A stretch of 64,000 nucleotides of DNA, taken from a candidate division FCPU426 bacterium (GTDB taxonomy: Bacteria > Oederibacteriota > Muellerivitia > Muellerivitales > Muellerivitaceae). A program made the translations under genes and the position numbers. A model generated the notes under the pieces. The model had not been told where the DNA came from. It did not search any database and worked only from the letters and a program-made list of their open reading frames with translations. Below are positions 36,076-43,322 of the stretch, one piece after another. Within the stretch, counting starts at the first letter, position 1, and each line of letters begins with the position of its first letter. The stretch is taken from NCBI GenBank assembly GCA_963796105.1, contig CAWCKJ010000004.1:1504001-1568000 (forward strand), in the 5' to 3' direction.

Positions 36076-37247
36076 AAAACGGATGGGAAATAAAAAAACT
36101 TGGCGATGTTAGTGATTTCGAAGGAGGTTCTCAACCGCCGAAATCGAAATTCATATTTGAAAAGAGACCGGGTTATGTGCGTTTTCTTCAAATTCGGGAT
36201 TTTACCAAAGATAAAAATATTACTTATATACCTGAATCGAAAAAGAATCGACTCTGCAAAGAAGATGACATACTGATTGGAAGGTATGGCGCTTCGGTTG
36301 GAAAGATTTTGACAGGTAAGGCGGGTGCTTACAACGTGGCTTTAATGAAGACCAAGCCAAATTTGGCTTTGTTTGAGAAATCTTGGTTTTATAATTATCT
36401 CGTATCAGATGAGTTTCAAGGCCGCTTGGCTAATGTTGCTGACCGTTCAGCTCAAAATGGATTTAGCAAAGAAGATATATTTAATTTTCCTGTGCCCATT
36501 CCTCCGCTTACCGTACAGAAACGGATTGTCGGCATTCTCGACGAAGCGTTTGAGGGTATCACCACTGCCAAAGCCAACGCCGAAAAGAATCTCCAAAACG
36601 CCCGCGCCATCTTTGAAAGTCATCTCCAATCCGTCTTCACCAAGCCCGGCGGGGGGTGGATGGAGAAACGTCTAGTAGAGATTGCGCAAGAATTTGGTCG
36701 TGGTAAGTCTAAGCATCGTCCGCGTAATGACCCCAAACTCTACGGCGGCAAATACCCGTTCGTCCAGACGGGAGATGTCAGCAACGCTGATCACTGGCTA
36801 ACAAACTACTCCCAGACCTATGGCGAAGTTGGTCTAGACCAAAGTCGGTTGTGGCCGAAAGGGACTATCTGCATCGCAATTGTCGGGGCAACTGTTGGCG
36901 AAACTGCAATTCTTAACTTCGAAGCATGTTTTCCAGACAGCGTAATCGGGATCATAGTTAATGAGAAGCTCGCGGATAACGAGTATGTAGAATACTTGCT
37001 TCAATCATACAAAGCACTCTTGAAAGAGAAGGGGCAGGGCACAGCGCGCGATAATATTAATCTTGGGACATTTGAAAACCAAACTTTTCCATTCCCGTCG
37101 TTGAAGTTGCAGAAAGAAATTGTGGTTACGCTTAATGCGCTACACAAAGAAACCCAACATCTTGAATCCATCTACCAGCACAAGCTCGAAGCGCTGGAAG
37201 AATTGAAAAAGTCATTGCTGAACCAAGCCTTCACCGGAGAATTATAG
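36072..37247 (+). CDS. hsdS: Type I R-M specificity subunit, two TRDs
   Basis: GWEIKKLGDV, PIPPL..QKRIV..LD, second TRD after GWMEKRL, LKKSLLNQAFTGEL. Confidence 0.95.
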   Translation: MKNGWEIKKLGDVSDFEGGSQPPKSKFIFEKRPGYVRFLQIRDFTKDKNITYIPESKKNRLCKEDDILIGRYGASVGKILTGKAGAYNVALMKTKPNLALFEKSWFYNYLVSDEFQGRLANVADRSAQNGFSKEDIFNFPVPIPPLTVQKRIVGILDEAFEGITTAKANAEKNLQNARAIFESHLQSVFTKPGGGWMEKRLVEIAQEFGRGKSKHRPRNDPKLYGGKYPFVQTGDVSNADHWLTNYSQTYGEVGLDQSRLWPKGTICIAIVGATVGETAILNFEACFPDSVIGIIVNEKLADNEYVEYLLQSYKALLKEKGQGTARDNINLGTFENQTFPFPSLKLQKEIVVTLNALHKETQHLESIYQHKLEALEELKKSLLNQAFTGEL

Positions 37248-37250
37248 ATA

Positions 37251-38447
37251 ATGCCCATTCCTGATAACAAACCACCGCAATCCAGCATTGTCCTCTACCG
37301 GACGGAGGACGGACGCACGCGCATCCAATGCCGGTTTGAAAATGAGACAATCTGGCTTACGCAAGTGCAAATCGCAGAACTGTTTCAAACTACCGTGCCT
37401 AATGTCAATCAACATATCAAGGCCATATATGACGAAGGCGAATTAGCCGAAGAGGCAACTATTAAGTCTTACTTAATAGTTCGATCCGAAGGCTCCAGGG
37501 AGGTTTCCCGCGATGTGATGCATTACAGTCTTCCTGCCATCCTCGCTGTCGGCTACCGTGTACGCAGCTCCCGAGGTACGCAGTTCCGCCAGTGGGCGAC
37601 AACGCGCTTGAACGAGTACCTGGTGAAGGGTTTCACCATGGACGATGAACGCCTGAAAAACCCCCCGGGACCAGGCTATACGGACTATTTCGACGAGTTG
37701 CTGGAGCGTATCCGGGACATCCGGGCCAGCGAGCGCCGGGTTTATTTGCGGGTCAGGGAAATACTGGCCTTGGCCGCCGACTACAAGCCCACCGGCGGGG
37801 AAACCAAGGTTTTCTACCAAACCGTCCAAAACAAGCTTCATTTCGCCGCCACAGGCAAAACCGCCTCCGAATTGATCGCGCAAAGGGCTGACGCTAAAAA
37901 GCCCAACATGGGCCTGACCTCCTGGAAAAGCGGCGTGGTGCGCAAGGGCGACGTGACAGTGGCCAAAAACTACCTGCGCGAACCCGAGATCGACGAACTG
38001 AACCGCATCGTCGTCATGTTCCTCGATTTCGCCGAGGACCAGGCCCGCCGGCGCAAACAGATATTCCTGAGGGACTGGAAAACCCGATTGGATGCTTTCC
38101 TGAAATTCAACGAGCGCGCCGTACTGCCCGGGGCCGGGAAGATCAGCCATGAAAAAGCGGAAGCGATGGCGGAAAAAGAATACGAGCTTTTCGCCGAAAG
38201 GCGCCGCGCCCAGCTTGAGGAGGAAGCCGAAACGGATACCCTTCGTCAGCTTGAGGCTGAGGTCAAGGGACGACCCTTCGGGTCGCCACTTGGGCGGGGC
38301 ATGGAACCCCGCCCAAGTACACGGCTAGGCTCTCGGGCATCTGGCTACACTAAAGCTTCGCCAGATAGGCGCCCGGAGCCTCGGCAGCCGGTGAAAAAAC
38401 TGCCCAAGCGGAAGAAACCCAGGAAGGGCAAGCCATGTACCGATTAA
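37251..38447 (+). CDS. rhuM: RhuM-family (virulence/DNA-binding) protein with a palindromic C-terminal insertion
   Basis: ETIWLTQ..IAELFQ, HI..IY.EGEL, ILAVGYRVRS.RGTQFRQWA, YLVKGF.MDDERLK, RIRDIRASE, VQNKLHFA, AKNYL. Confidence 0.92.
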   Translation: MPIPDNKPPQSSIVLYRTEDGRTRIQCRFENETIWLTQVQIAELFQTTVPNVNQHIKAIYDEGELAEEATIKSYLIVRSEGSREVSRDVMHYSLPAILAVGYRVRSSRGTQFRQWATTRLNEYLVKGFTMDDERLKNPPGPGYTDYFDELLERIRDIRASERRVYLRVREILALAADYKPTGGETKVFYQTVQNKLHFAATGKTASELIAQRADAKKPNMGLTSWKSGVVRKGDVTVAKNYLREPEIDELNRIVVMFLDFAEDQARRRKQIFLRDWKTRLDAFLKFNERAVLPGAGKISHEKAEAMAEKEYELFAERRRAQLEEEAETDTLRQLEAEVKGRPFGSPLGRGMEPRPSTRLGSRASGYTKASPDRRPEPRQPVKKLPKRKKPRKGKPCTD

Positions 38448-38739
38448 TATTTTTATTATTCTAGGGAATCGGCACTATGCTGGGCCGGTTCTCCTATGGA
38501 ACCTGCACCATCAAAACGAGTGCCTCGGCCGGAAGCCTCGGCACAGATAGACTTTTTTAATAATAATTTTAAACAGAAGGTCAGCATGTACCGATTAATA
38601 TTTTCGATAATTCATGGAAATCGGCACTATACCGGCCTCAGTATAAAAACTTCCATTAGAAGGTCAGCATGAACGAAGCCGAGACCAGGGCCGAACACAT
38701 AGACCCGGCGTTGAAAAACGCGGGGTGGGGCGTGGTGGA
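38415..38739 (+). repeat. Long direct repeat, copy 1 (rhuM 3' end, hairpin units, hsdR 5' end)
   Basis: Aligns with 42915-43322, which carries one extra 83-bp unit. Confidence 0.93.
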
Positions 38740-38743
38740 ATGA
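38669..38743 (+). pseudogene. hsdR: hsdR 5' stub 1 (24 codons)
   Basis: 71 bp identical to 43252-43322, then TGA. Confidence 0.9.
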
Positions 38744-38769
38744 AGAGCCGATAAAGAGGGTTGGAATTG

Positions 38770-38990
38770 AACCGTCGACAGTTTGTCGACAGTCCAATAG
38801 GGCATACATCTTTGAAGATAAAGAATTGCGCCGGAAAGCAACTGTTCGGAAATTCCGAATAGTTTGAAATGAAGGCGGACGAGAGGCAGTTATCCGGAAA
38901 TCCCGGATAGCTCGTTTTGTGGGTGTGCGCGGTGGCGAATGAGTAGAGCCGGCAACTTGTAAGGATTAATTACAAGTTCGAAAGGGGCGT
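38770..38990 (+). pseudogene. Four concatenated RhuM-like fragments, each centred on a 25-bp palindrome
   Basis: Translations TVDSLSTVQ*G, IFEDKELRRKATVRKFRIV*NEGGRE, EAVIRKSRIAR, GE*VEPATCKD*LQVRKG versus RhuM IYDEGELAEEATIKSYLIVRSEGSRE. Confidence 0.75.
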
Positions 38991-38992
38991 TT

Positions 38993-39829
38993 ATGAAGCA
39001 ACTGTTAGCCAAATTTGAAGGCCATGCCATCCGCCGAGTTTATGACGAGGATACTGAAACCTGGTGGTTCTCCGTGGTAGATATTATGCGGGTGCTGACC
39101 CAACAACCGGATTACCAGACCGCCCGCAAATACTGGAACAAGCTAAAAGAGCGGCTGGTTAAAGAAGGCAGTGAGTCGGTGACAAATTGTCACCAACTGA
39201 AACTTCCCGCCTCCGACGGCAAAAGTTACCTCACCGATGTCGCCACCGCCAAGACGCTATTGCGCCTGGTGCAGTCTGTGCCCAGTCCCAAGGCGGAACC
39301 GATCAAGTTGTGGCTGGCCAAGGTGGGCCACGAGCGCCTGAAAGATATGGCGGACCCAGCTCTTTCCCTGGATCGCGCCCGCGAGTATTGGAAACAGCAG
39401 GGCCGAAGTGAGAAGTGGGTCCAACAGCGCATGATGGGCCAGGAAACCCGGAACAAACTGACGGATTACTGGAAAGGCCACGAGATCAAGGGAGATGACG
39501 AATACGCCCTGTTGACCGACCTGATCCACCGGGAATGGGCGGATGTTTCGGTGAAACAGCACAAACAAATGAAGGGGCTCAAGACCCAAAATCTTCGCGA
39601 CCACATGACGGAGGCGGAATTGATCTTTACGGCTTTGGCCGAGCTTTCCACCCGGCAAATGGCCGAGAGTGTTGAAGCCACCGGGTTGAATGAGAATAAA
39701 ACAGCGGCCAAAAAGGGCGGCCATATCGCCAAAAACGCGCGGCTTGACCTGGAAAGCAAGACCGGGAAAAGGGTCATTACCGGCGATAATTATCTGCCGC
39801 CGCAACGCCGCATCACTGGAAAGAAATAA
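38993..39829 (+). CDS. BRO-N/antirepressor-like DNA-binding protein
   Basis: FE...IRRVYD...WWFSVVD, ARKYWNKLK.RL, DGK.Y.TDVA, QSVPSPKAEP.K.WLA, NLRDHMT. Confidence 0.85.
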   Translation: MKQLLAKFEGHAIRRVYDEDTETWWFSVVDIMRVLTQQPDYQTARKYWNKLKERLVKEGSESVTNCHQLKLPASDGKSYLTDVATAKTLLRLVQSVPSPKAEPIKLWLAKVGHERLKDMADPALSLDRAREYWKQQGRSEKWVQQRMMGQETRNKLTDYWKGHEIKGDDEYALLTDLIHREWADVSVKQHKQMKGLKTQNLRDHMTEAELIFTALAELSTRQMAESVEATGLNENKTAAKKGGHIAKNARLDLESKTGKRVITGDNYLPPQRRITGKK

Positions 39830-39852
39830 TGTACCGATTAATCTTTTTAATA

Positions 39853-41496
39853 CCTGAATTTTGCGCCTAATAAAAAAACCATCTAGGAAACCATTATAGG
39901 ATAAGGGTTGCGAAGCCAACTCATCCTAAAAGAGGGTCCCCCAGATGGTGAAACGTCAAGATACGCCTCAGAAATCAAACCCGCAAGTCCAGAAAAAAGC
40001 CAATCGAAACGGGAGAATCGCGCCCAAGATTACGGCCAATACTCCCGTAGGTATTTGCGAAGACCGCCTAACAGCTTTTGGCGGATTGTTGGCATTGGCG
40101 AAGATGTTCGACCTTCTTGATTTTGAGCGGGAATTCAAAAAACACTATGCCGCACCTAAACGCCTTCCGAATTTGGGCCACTACCGGATGGTAAGCGGCA
40201 TCCTAATGCTTCTTTTCATCGGGTTTCAAAGGCTTGGCCATTTTGCCTACCTGAGGGGTGAGGTCATGCTGTGCGGTTTACTGCGGGTTCCCTTGTTGCC
40301 GGTAGTGACAACTTTTTGGAGATACCTGAGGTCGCTGGGGATCGGGCAGTCGGCATCGTTGCTGAATCTGAGTGGGGCGTTACGGGCCAAGGTTTGGGGA
40401 CAGGTGAAATATGCCCCCAAGAAGGTGGAGATCAACATCGATACCACCACCGCAACGGTCTACGGAAATATCGAGGGAAGCCGAAAAGGATACAACCCCA
40501 AGCACCGGGGCAAGAAGGGACTGAGGCCCATTCTGTGTTTTCTCCAGGAAACCCGGGAATATTTGTGCGGAACCCAAAGACGCGGAACCACCCTTAGTTC
40601 TGAGGAAGTGGCCCGCCAAATTAGACAATTCCGGCGACTCTTGCCGTCCTGTGTCCGGACGATTCTGGTGCGCGGTGACGGTGAAATGATCGGCTGGGAA
40701 AGCGTGAAAGCCTGTGAAAAAGAAGGGTTTTCTTTCATCTTCGGGAACAAGCGGCATGACCCGCCTTTCACGAAAAAGGGTTGGTACCGCCATGGAGAAC
40801 ACGAATACAACGAATGTGTCCATCAACCCATAGGCTGGCAACAACCAGTCCGGTTTGTGGCGATGAGGACGCTGGATGAAAAAGCGCGGGAGAAACAATT
40901 GAGCCTTCCTGAAATGGAAGGATATGTCTACCGAATCTTCGCGACCAACTGTCTGGGAGCACCCCATCGGGTGGTTGAGGAATACGACCTGCGCGCGGAT
41001 GTGGAAAACCTGATTGGTGAGGCGCAACGGGAGGGGTTATTAGCAATTCCCTCTAAGAGTTTCCAAAGCCACCATGCTTTTTTCCAGATCGTGATGCTGG
41101 CTTACAACCTCTGGAGGTGGATGAAACTAATGGTGGGCCATTGTGGAAAAGAAAAGCGACCGGGAAAGAAGCCACAGGAGAAGGAACAGATCACCATGCC
41201 GGACCATACCCTTCGGATCGCACGTTTGAAGATGCTCTTTGTAGCCGCCCGAATCCAGTATCACGGCCATCGGGATGTGGTGAGGTATTCAATCCATGAT
41301 GATAGGACAGCGGGCCTATTGGGTTTCCTCAAATACCTTGATCGAAAACGATTGGAAAGACCCAGGGCGGCCTAGAAGTGGCTTGGTGCAAAAAATTCTT
41401 TGCACATAAGTTCACTTCTGATGAAAATGGCCACTGTCGGGTCCCGATTCAGGCCGATCTGGCCACGGAATCGGTAAACTCGGTGCAAAATTCAGG
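39853..41496 (+). mobile_element. Complete IS1380-family insertion sequence
   Basis: TIR CCTGAATTTTGC(G/A)CC at both ends; 5-bp TSD TAATA at 39848-39852 and 41497-41501. Confidence 0.92.
39945..41375 (+). CDS. IS1380-family DDE transposase
   Basis: LTAFGGL, INIDTT...VYG..EG...GYN, VRGDG, Y..RA.VENLI.E, MLAYNL. Confidence 0.9.
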   Translation: MVKRQDTPQKSNPQVQKKANRNGRIAPKITANTPVGICEDRLTAFGGLLALAKMFDLLDFEREFKKHYAAPKRLPNLGHYRMVSGILMLLFIGFQRLGHFAYLRGEVMLCGLLRVPLLPVVTTFWRYLRSLGIGQSASLLNLSGALRAKVWGQVKYAPKKVEINIDTTTATVYGNIEGSRKGYNPKHRGKKGLRPILCFLQETREYLCGTQRRGTTLSSEEVARQIRQFRRLLPSCVRTILVRGDGEMIGWESVKACEKEGFSFIFGNKRHDPPFTKKGWYRHGEHEYNECVHQPIGWQQPVRFVAMRTLDEKAREKQLSLPEMEGYVYRIFATNCLGAPHRVVEEYDLRADVENLIGEAQREGLLAIPSKSFQSHHAFFQIVMLAYNLWRWMKLMVGHCGKEKRPGKKPQEKEQITMPDHTLRIARLKMLFVAARIQYHGHRDVVRYSIHDDRTAGLLGFLKYLDRKRLERPRAA

Positions 41497-41518
41497 TAAT
41501 AATTAATGGAGAGTCGGC

Positions 41519-41632
41519 ATGTACGAAGCTGAAACCAGAGCCGAACACATAGACCCGGCGTTGAAAAATACCGGGTGGGGCGTTGTGGACGGCAGCCGCG
41601 TACTGCGGGAATACCAAATGACCGCAGGATAG
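41519..41632 (+). pseudogene. hsdR: hsdR 5' stub 2 (37 codons), divergent allele
   Basis: MYEAETRAEHIDPALKNTGWGVVDGSRVLREYQMTAG* versus the HsdR N-terminus. Confidence 0.9.
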
Positions 41633-41656
41633 ACAAATGCCTAACACCCGGCCTCC

Positions 41657-41686
41657 TTGACACCCCCCAAAGCCCTGATTTATAAT
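41657..41686 (+). promoter_or_regulatory. Sigma70 promoter of the AAA/DUF4143 gene
   Basis: TTGACA-N18-TATAAT, followed by an imperfect inverted repeat at about 41690-41720 (possible operator). Confidence 0.6.
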
Positions 41687-41723
41687 CCTTGAAAATTGAA
41701 AGGCAGGCTTACGGATTTCACGA

Positions 41724-42890
41724 ATGAAAAAATGGATCCCCAGACCCCGGCTTGAACAAGAATTGGCGCGTTCCCTCAAAACGTGGCGCGTCACCTGCCT
41801 ATTGGGCCCCCGCCAATGCGGCAAAACCAGCGCGGCTAAGGCCGTCGCCGGGAAGGCCAAGGCCCATTATTTCGACCTGGAGGACCCCGACGATTTTGAG
41901 CGCCTTCAAAACGCGAAGGCCGTCCTTTCGCCCATCAAGGGCCTGGTGGTGCTGGATGAGGCCCAGCGCATGCCCCAGTTGTTTCCCGTCCTGCGGGTTT
42001 TGGCGGACCGCAAGCCCCTTGCGGCCAGGTTCCTGATCCTGGGCAGCGCCTCGCCTGAACTGGTCAAGGGCGTGACCGAGTCGCTCGCGGGGCGGGTCCA
42101 TTACATCGAAATGGAAGGCTTCCAACTTTCCGAGGTCGGCGTTCCGGGCATGGAAAGGCTTTGGGTCCGGGGCGGCTTTCCCGGTTCCTACCTGGCCGCC
42201 TCCTTGGCCCAGAGCCTTTCCTGGAGGGAAGATTACATCCGGAATTTCCTGGAACGGGACATTCCCCAACTGCATATCCGCATACCCGCCCTGGCCCTCC
42301 GCCGTTTTTGGACCATGGTGGCCCACTACCACGGGCAGATTTGGAACGCCACGGAGATCGCGGGGTCCATGGGAATCAGCCATCCCACGGCCCGCCAGTA
42401 CCTGGACCTTTTGACCGGGGCTTTCGCGATCCGGCAATTGGCCCCATTGGCGGTGAACCTCTCGAAGAGGCTGGTCAAGTCGCCCAAAATTTACATCCGC
42501 GACAGCGGAATTTTTCACGCCCTTCTCGCGGTGCCGGATATGGGAAGGCTCCAGTCCAACCCGAAATACGGCGCCTCCTGGGAAGGTTTCGCCCTGGAGC
42601 ATTTGCTGGCCATGGCGGGGGAAAGGCACGCGGCTTTCTGGTCCACCCATGGGGGGGCCGAGCTGGACCTGGTCATCGAAACGGCAAAAGGCCGGTTCGG
42701 CTTCGAGTTTAAGGCCGCCGGGAGCCCCGGAATGACCCGGTCCTTGCACGAGGCCTTGAAGGATTTGAAACCGAAACGCATTTGGGTGGTTCACCCGGGG
42801 GAGAAAGCCTACCCCCTTCATGAAAAAGTGGATGCTTTGCCGTTAAGCCAATTGGAAACCCTAAGAAAAACGATCGGGGCCCAAACGTAA
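41724..42890 (+). CDS. AAA_14 ATPase with DUF4143 (C-terminal PD-(D/E)xK-like) domain
   Basis: GPRQCGKT, LDEAQ, LGSAS, ESLAGR, RGGFP, KSPKIYIRDSG, ELDLV...FEFK. Confidence 0.9.
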   Translation: MKKWIPRPRLEQELARSLKTWRVTCLLGPRQCGKTSAAKAVAGKAKAHYFDLEDPDDFERLQNAKAVLSPIKGLVVLDEAQRMPQLFPVLRVLADRKPLAARFLILGSASPELVKGVTESLAGRVHYIEMEGFQLSEVGVPGMERLWVRGGFPGSYLAASLAQSLSWREDYIRNFLERDIPQLHIRIPALALRRFWTMVAHYHGQIWNATEIAGSMGISHPTARQYLDLLTGAFAIRQLAPLAVNLSKRLVKSPKIYIRDSGIFHALLAVPDMGRLQSNPKYGASWEGFALEHLLAMAGERHAAFWSTHGGAELDLVIETAKGRFGFEFKAAGSPGMTRSLHEALKDLKPKRIWVVHPGEKAYPLHEKVDALPLSQLETLRKTIGAQT

Positions 42891-42914
42891 AGGCGCAAGA
42901 ATCCGCCTGGGATA

Positions 42915-43322
42915 AAACCCAAGAAGGGCAAGCCATGTACCGATTAATATTTTTAACAATTCATGGGAATCGGCACTATGCCGGGCCGGTTCCCCTATGG
43001 AACCGGCACCATCAAAACGAGTGCCTCGGCCGGAAGCCTCGGCACAGATAGACTTCCTTATAAAAATTTCCAATAGAAGGTCAGCATGTACCGATTAATA
43101 TTTTCGATAATTCAAGGAAATCGGCACTATACCGGCCTCAGTATAAAAACTTCCATTAGAAGGTCAGCATGTACCGATTAATATTTTCGATAATTCAAGG
43201 AAATCGGCACTATACCGGCCTCAGTATAAAAACTTCCATTAGAAGGTCAGCATGAACGAAGCCGAGACCAGGGCCGAACACATAGACCCGGCGTTGAAAA
43301 ACGCGGGGTGGGGCGTGGTGGA
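42915..43322 (+). repeat. Long direct repeat, copy 2, with an 83-bp tandem duplication (43086-43168, 43169-43251)
   Basis: Direct alignment to 38415-38739. Confidence 0.93.

Noticed and set aside
36072..37247. Invertible hsdS shufflon
   Set aside because: Only one hsdS; no inverted partial hsdS copies or recombinase seen.
38770..38978. Integron attC sites (AAC...GTT ends on the palindromes)
   Set aside because: They are only 25 bp, lack RYYYAAC/GTTRRRY boxes and L boxes, and no integron integrase is present.
37251..39829. Diversity-generating retroelement
   Set aside because: No reverse transcriptase in the window, and the variants do not differ only at adenines.
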